A stretch of 64,000 nucleotides of DNA from Collinsella aerofaciens (lineage in GTDB: Bacteria > Actinomycetota > Coriobacteriia > Coriobacteriales > Coriobacteriaceae): the NCBI GenBank assembly GCA_048501115.1, contig DBFRZS010000024.1, positions 1,025-65,024 on the forward strand, written 5' to 3'. The notes beneath the pieces are model-generated. The model saw nothing but the letters and a program-made list of their open reading frames with translations, made no database searches and was not told the origin of the DNA. Shown in pieces: positions 16,340 through 25,941 of this stretch. The translations under genes and the position numbers were made by a program. Position 1 is the stretch's first letter, and each line of letters opens with the position of its first letter.

Positions 16340-17491
16340 TTACTGTTCGGTTAACGCTACGGATCGTTTTGGAAGGCTTACGAGCATGGTGGTCCCGCTC
16401 TCGGAACTTGCTTCGACCTCTACCGCGCCACCGTGAAGCGCTGCAATCTCCCAAACAAGCGCTAGCCCGAGTCCTGCGCCGCCGTATGCCCTGCTGCGGG
16501 ATTTGTCTAGACGAAAGAACGGTTGGAAGATGCTCTCACGGTACTGCTTGGGTATTCCCGGGCCCTGGTCCTCGACTCGCAGGAACACGTGGCTGTCGTT
16601 GTCGCAGATGGAGACGGTAACGCTCGAGTCGGTGCGGCTATAGCGGATAGCGTTTTCGGCCAGGTTAAACACCAGCCGATAGAGGAGCGTGTCGCTCCCG
16701 ATTACTAGAGCGTCTCCAGCACAATTGAGGGCTATGCCCCTTTTTTCGGCAAGTGGCGCAAGGTCGGTGAGGACCTCTTCGGACAAGGGGCCAAGCTCCA
16801 CATCGTCCTCGCAAGGAACGCTGCGGAGCTCACTCATCTCGAGCAATACCTTGGCCATTCGAGACATGCGCTCGGTTTGTTCTTGTAGCAGGCCGAGTAG
16901 CTCGGCAGTTTCGGGTTGCAAACCGGAGTGCTCGGAGATGAATAGTTCAATCTGTGCTTGCATAAGGGCGAGCGGGGTGCGCAGCTCGTGTGCGGCGTTG
17001 CCGGTAAACTGACGCTGTGCAGAGAACCCTTCGCCAAGACGGGCGATCATGTCGTTGAAAGAGGCGCTGCATCGTTGTAGCTCGATGGGCACATCTTCAC
17101 TGAGCCTGATTTCGCTTAGGTTGTCAGGCTGCACACGCTCGACCTGGGCCGCAAAAGCCCGTAGCGGTTTGAGTGCACGGCCGCTCACAAAGTATGCCAG
17201 CGCGCCGCCAAGGAGTGTGACTCCAGCCGTGATGTACCGGGCTGTCGTGCCAAAAGACTCCTGTGCGTCGTTTACGACGATCGTGACCTCGTCATCGAGG
17301 CTCTCCTTCGTTGGGTCAAACGCCTGAGGTGCATCTACGCCGGCTGCGCTAAGGGCCGAGATGTCGCTGCCGATAGCATCCATGTAGCGCATGCCCGTAT
17401 AGCCGACCAGACAGTTCGTCAGCACGCATGCCGCACACGTCAGCAGTGCCGTCATAATCGTTATGCGCCATTGCAGCGAAAGCCTTTTCAT
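16340..17491 (-). CDS. Sensor histidine kinase (two TM segments, HAMP, HisKA, HATPase)
   Basis: H-box FTGNAAHELRTPL. N/G boxes NLAENAIRYS and GGAGLGLALV. 4-nt overlap with the upstream response regulator gene. Confidence 0.9.
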   Translation of the reverse strand: MKRLSLQWRITIMTALLTCAACVLTNCLVGYTGMRYMDAIGSDISALSAAGVDAPQAFDPTKESLDDEVTIVVNDAQESFGTTARYITAGVTLLGGALAYFVSGRALKPLRAFAAQVERVQPDNLSEIRLSEDVPIELQRCSASFNDMIARLGEGFSAQRQFTGNAAHELRTPLALMQAQIELFISEHSGLQPETAELLGLLQEQTERMSRMAKVLLEMSELRSVPCEDDVELGPLSEEVLTDLAPLAEKRGIALNCAGDALVIGSDTLLYRLVFNLAENAIRYSRTDSSVTVSICDNDSHVFLRVEDQGPGIPKQYRESIFQPFFRLDKSRSRAYGGAGLGLALVWEIAALHGGAVEVEASSESGTTMLVSLPKRSVALTEQ

Positions 17492-18162
17492 TCGCTATCC
17501 TCCATAACGTAGCCCTCTCCAATCCGATTGCGAATCGGGTCGTATCCCAAAGCGCTGCGTAGCTTTTTGCGGAGTGACGAGATGTGAACGCGGGTTGCGT
17601 TGCTAAAGCTGTTCACGCTGCTATCCCAAACGTGCTCGATAAGCTCCTCTTGGCTTACCGGTCGCCCCTGATTAAGCATCAGGTATTCCAAGATTCCCGT
17701 TTCCTTGCGTGTAAGAGATAGAGCCTCACTGTCCACGGAAGCGATGCGCGCCTTGGTGTCAAAGCTGAGCTTTCCGCAGGCTAATACTATGTCGCTTTGT
17801 GCGAAGCGCCTGAGGGTAAGGCTGCGGATCCTTGCCGCAAGTTCGTCCAGATGAAACGGCTTGGTAAGGTAATCGTTGGCGCCGGCATCGAGTCCGGCGA
17901 CTTTATCGGATACTTCGCCACGCGCGGACAGAATTAGCACCTTGGTCTCGCAATCGGTTTTCCTAAGTTCCCTGAGCACGGTCATGCCATCGATACGGGG
18001 AAGGTTGAGGTCGAGTACCACGAGGTCAAAGACTTCGACGCTCAGCAGGTCGAGCGCCTCCTGTCCGTCGTGGCAGCAGTCGACGCTGTACGCCAAGTTT
18101 CGCAAGCTGCGCGCGATTGCATCGCACAGTGCTCGCTCGTCTTCGACGATCAAAATACGCAT
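17488..18162 (-). CDS. OmpR/PhoB-family response regulator
   Basis: MRILIVEDE..., receiver Asp context VVLDLNLP, winged-helix LTRKETGILEYLMLNQGRPVSQEELIEHVWD. Start at the second ATG. Confidence 0.9.
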   Translation of the reverse strand: MRILIVEDERALCDAIARSLRNLAYSVDCCHDGQEALDLLSVEVFDLVVLDLNLPRIDGMTVLRELRKTDCETKVLILSARGEVSDKVAGLDAGANDYLTKPFHLDELAARIRSLTLRRFAQSDIVLACGKLSFDTKARIASVDSEALSLTRKETGILEYLMLNQGRPVSQEELIEHVWDSSVNSFSNATRVHISSLRKKLRSALGYDPIRNRIGEGYVMEDSE

Positions 18163-18252
18163 AACAGTCTCCTTGCACATTCCAAATCGCGCTTAACACG
18201 GATTTTATAGTCGATATGGTCCAATGGTCGCGTAACGAAAGGAGTGGTTGGG

Positions 18253-18399
18253 TTGTTCAAAGCGGTAAAACCCGTGGTACAGGGCGCTTTGTTGATCGTC
18301 GGAATTGCCATGGTGTGCTTTGGTGTTATGCGTGGCGAGGCGGATGCCGTGCTGGCCAAAGCGATTAGGCTGTGCTTGGAGTGTATCGGAATTGGATAA
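18253..18399 (+). CDS. CD1871A-family small CXXC-motif membrane peptide (48 aa; absent from ORF track)
   Basis: TTG (or GTG at 18244) after AAAGGAG. ...ALLIVGIAMVCFGVMRGEADAVLAKAIRLCLECIGIG* has one TM segment and the characteristic C-terminal CLECIGIG. Sits directly before a 4Fe-4S membrane protein. Confidence 0.6.
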   Translation: MFKAVKPVVQGALLIVGIAMVCFGVMRGEADAVLAKAIRLCLECIGIG

Positions 18400-18424
18400 A
18401 AGAGAAAACACTGCGTCGCATGTT

Positions 18425-19294
18425 TTGGCCCGATTTCGCGGATTCATTCAGGCGGCGGCGACGCTGGTCACCAATATTCACCTGCCAAACTTTGCCAAAG
18501 GAAGCATCTATCAGGGCGCGGGAAAAACAGTCTGCTTACCTGGACTTAATTGCTATTCGTGCCCCGCGGCATCGGGTGCGTGCCCCATCGGGTCGTTCCA
18601 GTCGGTGGTAGGTTCATCCAAGTTCAACTTTTCTTACTATGTTACCGGTACGCTCATTTTGCTCGGCGTGCTGCTGGGGCGCTTTGTATGCGGCTTTCTG
18701 TGCCCGTTTGGCTGGCTGCAGGAGCTGCTTCATAAGATTCCCGGCAAAAAGTTCTCCACAAAAAAGCTTAAGCCGCTCACGTACATCAAGTACGTCGTGC
18801 TGCTGTTTGCCGTGGTGCTGCTGCCCGTCTTGGTGGTTAACGACGTGGGCATGGGCGACCCGTTCTTTTGTAAGTACATCTGTCCGCAGGGCGTGCTCGA
18901 GGGCGCCATTCCGCTGGCCATTGCCAACGCCGGCATTCGATCTGCGCTGGGGCAGCTCTTTACCTGGAAACTTGCCGTTCTCATTGCCGTAGTAGTGCTG
19001 AGCGTTTTGTTCTATCGCCCCTTCTGCAAATGGATTTGCCCGCTCGGCGCATTCTATGCGCTCATGAATAGGGTGTCCTTGTTGGGGATTCAGGTTGACG
19101 CGTGCAAATGCGTCTCGTGCGGCAAGTGTTCAAGGGTTTGTCAGATGGACGTTGATGTGGTCCGCGCGCCCAATCATGCCGAATGTATCCGGTGCGGAAA
19201 GTGCATCGGGGCCTGTCCTGTCGATGCCATCAGCTATCGCTATGGCCTGGATGTGTCGGCGGAAAAGCTTCCCTTGACCGCCGATAAAAAGTAA
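18425..19294 (+). CDS. Membrane-bound 4Fe-4S binding protein (NapH/MauN-like polyferredoxin)
   Basis: CLPGLNCYSCPAASGACPIG, several TM segments, two ferredoxin motifs CVSCGKCSRVCQ and CIRCGKCIGACP. The ORF track begins at 18305, but that part overlaps the CXXC peptide. TTG 18425 is my best guess for the start. Confidence 0.75.
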   Translation: MARFRGFIQAAATLVTNIHLPNFAKGSIYQGAGKTVCLPGLNCYSCPAASGACPIGSFQSVVGSSKFNFSYYVTGTLILLGVLLGRFVCGFLCPFGWLQELLHKIPGKKFSTKKLKPLTYIKYVVLLFAVVLLPVLVVNDVGMGDPFFCKYICPQGVLEGAIPLAIANAGIRSALGQLFTWKLAVLIAVVVLSVLFYRPFCKWICPLGAFYALMNRVSLLGIQVDACKCVSCGKCSRVCQMDVDVVRAPNHAECIRCGKCIGACPVDAISYRYGLDVSAEKLPLTADKK

Positions 19295-19317
19295 ACAAGC
19301 TTCGACAAAACGGAGGA

Positions 19318-20295
19318 ATGATCATGAAGCTTTCTAAGATTGCGGCCCTGTTTATGGTGCCGGTATTGGCCTTGTGCCTTGTGGCATGTTCGGCGTCCGG
19401 TGGCAATGCGAGCGAATCTGCGAGCTCCGATCCTAAGATCGCAGAACTCACTGCGCAGAAGCCGACCAATGCCGACGAGGCCGCTGAGCTGTATGCGAAG
19501 CTCATGAAAAAGGAGAACGATATCCTTTCGAGTGATAACGCGCTATGGGAAAAGGTATTCAATGCGGCAAATAAAGACTCGGTAATGATTGAGGACGGCA
19601 GCAATTACGGCGATTTCCTGCTCAAGACCATCGACGGCGCCAAGGATGAGTTCACGGCGGATGAGCTTAAGACGCTCAAGGCCGGTGCGCAGCAGATCAA
19701 GGAGATCGAGGACAAGCTCGAGAGCCTGGAGAAGGAGTTCCCCGGCTGTGGAAGCACGCCGAGCTCAGGCGAGAGCGTCGACGCTTCGACCGCTGGCATG
19801 ACGGCTGGTGCCAATGCTTCGAGCGAGGCGACGAAGTTCCCCAGCTTTACGGGCAAAGACCTGGATGGCAACGACGTGAGCAGCGACGAGCTGTTCGCTA
19901 AGAACAAGGTCACCGTCATGAACTTCTGGTTCACCACTTGCAAGCCGTGCGTGGGCGAGCTGGGCGATCTTGAGAAACTGAATAAGGAGCTTGCCAAGAA
20001 GGGCGGCCAGGTCGTGGGCGTCAATTCCTTTACGCTCGATGGCAACAAGGGCGAGATTGCGGATGCCAAGGACGTGCTGAGCAAGAAGGGCGTGACATAT
20101 AAGAACATCTGGTTCAAGTCGGATAGCGAGGCCGGTAAGTTTACGTCAAATTTGTTCTCGTTCCCGACAACGTATGTCATCGATCAGAATGGCAACATCG
20201 TAGGGGATCCAATCGTGGGAGCCATCAGCTCCGCCGAGCAGCGCGCAGCACTCGACAAGCTTATCGACCAGGCGATTGCGAATAGCGAGCAGTAA
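19318..20295 (+). CDS. Lipoprotein with C-terminal TlpA/redoxin (thioredoxin-fold) domain
   Basis: Lipobox LALCLVAC. Thioredoxin CXXC in FWFTTCKPCVGEL. Possible start at 19324. Confidence 0.85.
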   Translation: MIMKLSKIAALFMVPVLALCLVACSASGGNASESASSDPKIAELTAQKPTNADEAAELYAKLMKKENDILSSDNALWEKVFNAANKDSVMIEDGSNYGDFLLKTIDGAKDEFTADELKTLKAGAQQIKEIEDKLESLEKEFPGCGSTPSSGESVDASTAGMTAGANASSEATKFPSFTGKDLDGNDVSSDELFAKNKVTVMNFWFTTCKPCVGELGDLEKLNKELAKKGGQVVGVNSFTLDGNKGEIADAKDVLSKKGVTYKNIWFKSDSEAGKFTSNLFSFPTTYVIDQNGNIVGDPIVGAISSAEQRAALDKLIDQAIANSEQ

Positions 20296-20374
20296 AAACC
20301 GCGTAAAGCATAGCGAGGATCGTGTGTCGCTGTGCGAAGTAGTCTGCTGCCTTTCAAGATAAGCTCCACCATAT

Positions 20375-20402
20375 AGAGGTCCCGCTCGGGACCTCTTCTT
20401 TT
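20375..20402 (+). terminator. Rho-independent terminator after the redoxin gene
   Basis: AGAGGTCCC-gctc-GGGACCTCT followed by TCTTTT. Confidence 0.7.
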
Positions 20403-20548
20403 GGGCGCCGTCCCGTTCGTTTTTTGGCGCGGTTTGTTACATTCCTCACTGGCGTCGGCAAAAAATGGGGATAGAGTAGGACAAAAGCGTCGAATACGAA
20501 CGGCGGAGGAGAGCGGGCAGGGTGCCTGCGCAGGAGAGGTTGCCGTCC

Positions 20549-23500
20549 ATGCTGGAGCTCAAAGGTATTTGCAAAAGGTACGTTACGCAGTCGTTTACGC
20601 AGGTAGCGCTCGACAGCGTGAGCCTGTCTTTTCGCGATAACGAGTTCGTGGCCATTCTGGGACCTTCGGGGTCGGGCAAAACTACGATGCTCAACGTTAT
20701 CGGTGGGCTCGATCATTTCGATTCTGGCGACCTGCTGATCGACGGTATTTCGACCAAAGACTTTCACGATCGCGATTGGGATGCCTACCGCAACAACCGC
20801 ATCGGCTTTGTGTTCCAAAGCTATAACCTCATTCCGCATCAGACCATTTTGGAAAACGTGGAGCTGGCGCTCACGCTCACGGGCGTGGGGCATGCCGAGC
20901 GTCGCCAGCGTGCGCGCGAGGCGTTGGAGAAAGTCGGCTTGGGCGAGCACGTTAACAAGCGCCCGAGCCAGCTATCGGGCGGGCAGATGCAGCGCGTGGC
21001 CATTGCCCGCGCCCTGATCAATGACCCTGAGATCGTCCTTGCCGACGAGCCGACTGGCGCTTTGGATTCAACGACATCCGTGCAGGTTATGGATTTGCTC
21101 AAAGAAGTTGCGCGCGACCGTCTGGTCATCATGGTCACGCACAATCCCGACCTGGCATACCAATACGCCACGCGCATCGTCAACCTGGCGGACGGCAAGA
21201 TCACCGATGATTCCGATCCTTTCGATGTCGCTGACGCCACGCGCCGCGAGGCCAAGCCTACGCGCAAAACCTCGATGAGCTTTGTGACGGCGCTGGGGCT
21301 TTCTGCCCGAAACCTCATGACCAAGAAGGGCCGCACGGCCATGACGGCCTTTGCGGGCTCGATTGGCATTATCGGTATCGCGGCGATTCTGGCGCTGTCC
21401 AACGGCGTAAACGGCTACATCAAAAAGGTCGAGGAGGATACGCTCTCGAGCTACCCACTCACCATTTCCAAGCAGGATTACGACCTGTCGTCCATGATGG
21501 GCGGACAGGGGGCTGCGGATGATGACTCGCCTGAAAACGTGGATTCGTCCGACGACAGTGCCGAAACCGATAAGATTCCCGTGGTCACGGCCGTAAAGGA
21601 TATGTTTGCGAGCGTTAAGTCCAACGACATGACGAGCTTTAAGGCATGGCTTGACGACGGCGGCGACGGTATCGACAAAGAGGTCAACGCCATTCAGTAC
21701 GGCTACGGTGTATCGCCGGTTGTCTATCGTGCCGGCAAGGGCGATGAGAAGCCCGTTCGGCTTGTTCCCAACGCAATGACCGAGGCTATGAGCGGAGGCG
21801 CGAGTTCGGCGGCAACGGTGAGCATGGAATCCATGGGAACCTCGGTCTTTAACGAGATGATTGACGACCAGAGCCTGCTCGACAGCCAGTACGATGTCGT
21901 CGCCGGTCATTGGCCCACGTCTGCCAACGAAGCCGTGATGGTGCTTTCGAGCCGCGGTACGGTGGGCGACTATACGCTCTACAGCATCGGTGCGCTGGAT
22001 ATCGATGAGCTCAACGATCTGGTAAACAGTGCCATGACGGCCGACGGTGGGGTCAAAGCACCCGAGACCGGCACCGACTTTACCTACGACGATGCGCTGT
22101 CCACGACGTTTAAGGTGCTGTCGCCGGCCGATGCCTATCGCAAAAACGAAGAGACCGGCATGTGGACCGACATGTCTGGTGACGCCGACTTTATGGCCGC
22201 CAAGGTTGCCGATGGCATCGACGTACACATCGTGGGTGTGGTGCGCCCTAACGAGACGGCCAATGCGAGTGCGTTGTCTCCGGGCATTGCCTATACACAT
22301 GCGCTGACTCGCCAGCTTATGGAGCGCGCCGCCGATTCGCAGATTGTGCGGGAGCAACTCGCCCACCCCGAGACGGATGTCTTTACGGGCAAAACCTTCG
22401 ACGAACTGCAAGGCGAGGCCAAACAAGGCGTGGATCTGGGCAGCATGTTCAGTGTGGACGAGGCGGCGCTCAAGAGCGCGTTCTCGTTCGATACCTCCGT
22501 GCTCTCGGGTGTTGCCGGCGGTATGGACCCGTCGTGTCTTGACTTGTCCGAGCTGGACATTGACCTTTCGGGCGTAGGGAAGGATATCGACTTCAGCGAC
22601 ATCATGTCTAAGGCGCCAGCCCCCGATTTCTCGGGTGTCTTCGATGGGTTGGAGCTTACACCCGAGCAGATGCAGCAAGTGGGGGCGCTCGCCAACCAAC
22701 TGTTCACGGGCTTTATGCAGTCGGAACAGTTTAAGGCGCTGACGCCCGAAGATCTTAAGGACGCGTCAAAGCTTGCCGCCGCGTTCTCGACGTATCTTGA
22801 GAGTGATACGGCAGCCCAGCAAATCCTGGCTCAGCTCAAGGCACTCGGCGGCGATGCCCTGGCCGAGCGCCTGCAGCAGGCGATGACCGACTATGTACAA
22901 AAGCAGCTGGCTCCGTATCTGCAGCAGGCTCTGGATCAGATGATGAAGTCGATCAGCGACCAGATTGCGACGACGGTGTCAACTCAGCTCAAGGCAGGCG
23001 CGGCAGGGCTCATGGGCCAGATGGCGACGCAGATGTCATCGAGTTTTGCCAACCTGGCGAGCGCTATGCGTGTGGATGCGAGCGCCTTTGCCCGCGCCAT
23101 CCACTTCAACATGGACGCCGAGGACCTGAGTTCGCTTATGATGAGTTATGCCAAGGCATCGCAGCTTACCTATGACAACAACCTGACCACACTGGGTTAT
23201 GCGGACGAGGCAGACCCCATCTCGGTCAAGATTTTCCCGCGCGACTTTGAGGCGAAGGAGCGCGTGCTCGACCATATCGATGCGTATAACAAGCAGGTCA
23301 AAGCTGCTGGCCACGATGAGCAGGCGATTTCGTACACCGACTATATGGGAATCATTATGGGCTCGGTGACCGACATTGTGAATACCATCAGCTTGGTGCT
23401 CATCGCATTCGTGAGCATCAGCCTAGTGGTGAGCTCCATTATGATCGGCATCATCACCTACATCAGCGTGCTGGAGCGCAAAAAGGAGATTGGCATCCTG

Positions 23501-23788
23501 CGCGCGATCGGCGCGTCGAAGCGCAACGTGGCCAACGTATTCAATGCCGAGACCTTTATCGAGGGCCTCATCGCCGGCGTCTTTGCCATTGTCGTCGTGG
23601 TAGCCGTGAGCTTCCCGGTTAATGCCTGGGCGCTTGCGGCCAAACAGGTCCCCAACCTAATGAGTCTGCCCGTGCAGGATGCGCTGGTGCTCATTGCAAT
23701 TTCGGTGCTGCTGACGGTCGTTGCCGGTCTACTGCCTGCCCGCAGCGCATCCAAAAAGGATCCCGTGGAAGCCCTGCGCTCCGAATAA
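20549..23788 (+). CDS. Fused ABC transporter ATP-binding / FtsX-type permease protein (MacB-like) with a very long extracytoplasmic region
   Basis: ATG 20549 after AGGAGAG. Walker [10 protein letters not shown], signature [15 protein letters not shown], Walker [13 protein letters not shown]-terminal FtsX-like TM bundle ...[13 protein letters not shown].... Confidence 0.85.
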   Translation: MLELKGICKRYVTQSFTQVALDSVSLSFRDNEFVAILGPSGSGKTTMLNVIGGLDHFDSGDLLIDGISTKDFHDRDWDAYRNNRIGFVFQSYNLIPHQTILENVELALTLTGVGHAERRQRAREALEKVGLGEHVNKRPSQLSGGQMQRVAIARALINDPEIVLADEPTGALDSTTSVQVMDLLKEVARDRLVIMVTHNPDLAYQYATRIVNLADGKITDDSDPFDVADATRREAKPTRKTSMSFVTALGLSARNLMTKKGRTAMTAFAGSIGIIGIAAILALSNGVNGYIKKVEEDTLSSYPLTISKQDYDLSSMMGGQGAADDDSPENVDSSDDSAETDKIPVVTAVKDMFASVKSNDMTSFKAWLDDGGDGIDKEVNAIQYGYGVSPVVYRAGKGDEKPVRLVPNAMTEAMSGGASSAATVSMESMGTSVFNEMIDDQSLLDSQYDVVAGHWPTSANEAVMVLSSRGTVGDYTLYSIGALDIDELNDLVNSAMTADGGVKAPETGTDFTYDDALSTTFKVLSPADAYRKNEETGMWTDMSGDADFMAAKVADGIDVHIVGVVRPNETANASALSPGIAYTHALTRQLMERAADSQIVREQLAHPETDVFTGKTFDELQGEAKQGVDLGSMFSVDEAALKSAFSFDTSVLSGVAGGMDPSCLDLSELDIDLSGVGKDIDFSDIMSKAPAPDFSGVFDGLELTPEQMQQVGALANQLFTGFMQSEQFKALTPEDLKDASKLAAAFSTYLESDTAAQQILAQLKALGGDALAERLQQAMTDYVQKQLAPYLQQALDQMMKSISDQIATTVSTQLKAGAAGLMGQMATQMSSSFANLASAMRVDASAFARAIHFNMDAEDLSSLMMSYAKASQLTYDNNLTTLGYADEADPISVKIFPRDFEAKERVLDHIDAYNKQVKAAGHDEQAISYTDYMGIIMGSVTDIVNTISLVLIAFVSISLVVSSIMIGIITYISVLERKKEIGILRAIGASKRNVANVFNAETFIEGLIAGVFAIVVVVAVSFPVNAWALAAKQVPNLMSLPVQDALVLIAISVLLTVVAGLLPARSASKKDPVEALRSE

Positions 23789-23789
23789 T

Positions 23790-23816
23790 GTGACAAAGGG
23801 ACGGTTCCTTTGTCAC
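23790..23816 (+). terminator. Hairpin GTGACAAAGG-gacggtt-CCTTTGTCAC (member of the GGGAC REP-like family)
   Basis: Perfect 10-bp stem 2 nt after the ABC gene stop. Confidence 0.55.
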
Positions 23817-23841
23817 GTTCGTTGATATGAGAGAAGAGTAG

Positions 23842-24795
23842 ATGATCCTTTCGTTGGCCCCCATGGAGGGGATTACCGGGCATGTGTTCCGTCACGTGCA
23901 TGCGGAGTGCTTCGGTGCGCTCGATTGCTATTACACGCCGTTTTTGCCGCCGCCGCGGGTGGGAAATCGCTTTGGCGGCAAGGCGTTTAAGGAGATCGAT
24001 CCTGCCAATAACCAGGGGCTCAACGTGGTGCCTCAGCTGATGTCCAAGAACGCGGACGAGTTTGTGTGGGCGGCGCAGGTGCTCGCCGACATGGGCTATC
24101 GCGAGGTCAATCTCAACTTGGGTTGTCCCTCGGGGACGGTTGTTGCCAAGGGCAAAGGATCGGGCTTTTTGCGCAACTTGGACGAGCTTGAGGTGTTCTT
24201 GAGTGACGTGTGTGAGCGCTCTCCGCTGCCGGTATCGGTCAAGACCAGGTTGGGGTTGGAGAGCGACGACGAATACGAGCGCGTACTCGATCTATATTGC
24301 CGCATGCCGCTGGCAGAGCTGATCGTGCATCCGCGCGTGCAGAAGGACCGTTATGCGGGCTCGCCGCGCAAAGAGTTTTATGGCGAGACGCTGGAACGTG
24401 CGCCGTTTCCGGTGGCATACAACGGCGATATTTTTGATCTCGAGGACATGGATGCGCTGGTGGAGGCCTATCCCGGCACGCGCCATGTGATGCTGGGGCG
24501 CGGCCTGCTCGCGAACCCCGCTCTGGCCCGTATGGTCAACGGCGGCCCTGCTGCCACGACAGCCGAGCTGCAGCGTTTCCATGACACGCTGTTTGCTGCC
24601 TATGCAGAAGAGATTGGCGGCAATGCAGTCTTTCGCATGAAGGAGTGGTGGTTCTACGCTAAGTGCGCTTTCGCCGACCCCACTACCGTTCACAAGCTCG
24701 TACGTAAGACTAAAAAGGTCGACGAATACCGCGCCGCCGTCGAGCGCGTCTTTCGCGAGCAGCCACTCGCACCCATAGCCCGCTTCCACGGCTAG
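23842..24795 (+). CDS. tRNA-dihydrouridine synthase family protein
   Basis: MILSLAPMEGITGHVFR..., NLNLGCPSGTVVAKGKGS (catalytic Cys loop). TIM-barrel length of 317 aa. Confidence 0.85.
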   Translation: MILSLAPMEGITGHVFRHVHAECFGALDCYYTPFLPPPRVGNRFGGKAFKEIDPANNQGLNVVPQLMSKNADEFVWAAQVLADMGYREVNLNLGCPSGTVVAKGKGSGFLRNLDELEVFLSDVCERSPLPVSVKTRLGLESDDEYERVLDLYCRMPLAELIVHPRVQKDRYAGSPRKEFYGETLERAPFPVAYNGDIFDLEDMDALVEAYPGTRHVMLGRGLLANPALARMVNGGPAATTAELQRFHDTLFAAYAEEIGGNAVFRMKEWWFYAKCAFADPTTVHKLVRKTKKVDEYRAAVERVFREQPLAPIARFHG

Positions 24796-24796
24796 C

Positions 24797-24852
24797 TAGT
24801 CATTGGGGACGCACTTTAACGACTAGTCATTTAAGAACGTCCCCAATGACTA
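24797..24852. repeat. 56-nt REP-like palindromic element (copy A)
   Basis: Perfect 15-bp arms TAGTCATTGGGGACG / CGTCCCCAATGACTA. A near-identical copy lies at 46765-46820. Confidence 0.8.
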
Positions 24853-24863
24853 TGTTGCAAAAA

Positions 24864-24920
24864 ATGTACGTCAGCATCCAAAGATGTCGAAAAATGTCGA
24901 CTTTGGATGCTGGCGTACAT
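24864..24920. repeat. 57-nt palindromic element (copy 1): GTACGTCAGCATCCAAAG-ATGTCGAAAAATGTCGA-CTTTGGATGCTGGCGTAC
   Basis: 18-bp stem with one T.G pair. A second copy at 25942-25996 has compensatory changes. Confidence 0.85.
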
Positions 24921-25206
24921 GTTTGGGTTCGGAGGGTGACCAGGCAATCATTGCATCGAGCGTGATGAGCTCCCTGAGTCGCTCCGTGCGTGTTTGCCCA
25001 TGGCGCTTTGCTTTTGCGTCAAACGCATCAAGAACAGACTCACCCACACGTGCCGATAAAACAACGCTTGGCTCATCGGAGATCGACGGCCTTCCCAGCT
25101 TGATGGTGCGACCCTTCGGCCACTCATCTTTTTCGTATGCCTCCGCGGCTTTCTCCAACTCTCCGGGGGCAAATCCCATCATTTTTTCAAGCTGCTCAGC
25201 ATTCAT
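24871..25206 (-). CDS. Ribbon-helix-helix (CopG/antitoxin-like) protein, no adjacent toxin
   Basis: ATG 25204-25206 after an AGGAGG RBS. ...EDEWPKGRTIKLGRPSISDEPSVVLSARVGESVLDAFDAKAKRHGQTRTERLRELITLDAM matches the RHH antitoxin layout. The last ~17 codons are encoded by the 57-nt palindrome. Confidence 0.55.
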   Translation of the reverse strand: MNAEQLEKMMGFAPGELEKAAEAYEKDEWPKGRTIKLGRPSISDEPSVVLSARVGESVLDAFDAKAKRHGQTRTERLRELITLDAMIAWSPSEPKHVRQHPKSTFFDIFGC

Positions 25207-25482
25207 AGCGCCTCCTATCGATCGGCATAATGTCGAGCACAGGTCAACGGATACTCTTTTTGTATACAGTTTTGTAGACAAAAATACAAACAGTTTATCA
25301 GGCTAATTAGCTTGTTTTGACCCGCGTGTTCGATAGGAAATGAGCATTGACGGCTTCGATACTCCTTTGCTTTTCAGCCTGGAATTTGGATGCTCATTGA
25401 ACTTCCGGAGGAGAGCGCTTTATTAGGCTATCGAGATTCTGGGCAGGAGCTCTCACTGGTCTTCGATAATGGGACCAGCTTA

Positions 25483-25507
25483 ATTCGCGACACAGTGTGT
25501 CGCGAAT
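25483..25507. repeat. Perfect 25-nt palindrome ATTCGCGACACA-G-TGTGTCGCGAAT
   Basis: Read directly. 12-bp arms with a 1-nt centre. Confidence 0.8.
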
Positions 25508-25601
25508 GGGAGTAGTCGTTAGGTGTCCTTCAATGGCTAGTCATATAAGAGCGTCCAAGTGCCGGATTTTGTCATTTAGTGTCGTCCTCAGCGGCTATTC
25601 T

Positions 25602-25847
25602 GGAGGGTCGTGGTCAAAAAAGGGCAAATATGAGTACTGTTGCCATTATAGTTGCATTTATTTTGCTATAAATAGTAGCTCCTGATGAGATCTGTTCCCA
25701 TTAGGAGCTACTTTTATTGAACATATGAGGAGAAATAGCGTCGTCTACGGACGTATGGAACGTTGAATAGTTCCTGAAGTGATCAAAATCGCTGCTACTA
25801 AACAGGTAGCAGTACTCATATTTGCCCTTTTTTGACCACAGCCCTCT
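25602..25847 (+). repeat. Long-stem hairpin / MITE-like element (35-nt arms, ~160-nt AT-rich interior)
   Basis: Left arm 25610-25644 GTGGTCAAAAAAGGGCAAATATGAGTACTGTTGCC. Right arm 25805-25839 GGTAGCAGTACTCATATTTGCCCTTTTTTGACCAC. The only two mismatches are G.U-compatible on the plus strand. The arms extend imperfectly by ~7 bp. Confidence 0.7.
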
Positions 25848-25941
25848 CGGAAACCCTTTCCAGAGGCGTCAAACAGCCATAATCCAAAGGTCGCCTCAAA
25901 CAATTAGCCGGTTAAGAGCGTCCATGACTACCCGCAAAAGC

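Noticed and set aside
25340-25515. Short plus-strand ORFs (MSIDGFDTPLLFSLEFG... and MLIELPEESALLGYRDSGQELSLVFDNGTSLIRDTVCREWE) in the repeat-rich spacer.
   Set aside because: They are protein-like but in two different frames, with poor RBS spacing and no start-to-stop integrity. I treat them as possible remnants of a degraded gene, not as features.
25682-25689. A CTGATGAG string that resembles the hammerhead ribozyme core.
   Set aside because: No downstream GAAA, stem II/III arrangement or cleavage-site context. The motif simply forms part of the loop of an ordinary 10-bp hairpin.
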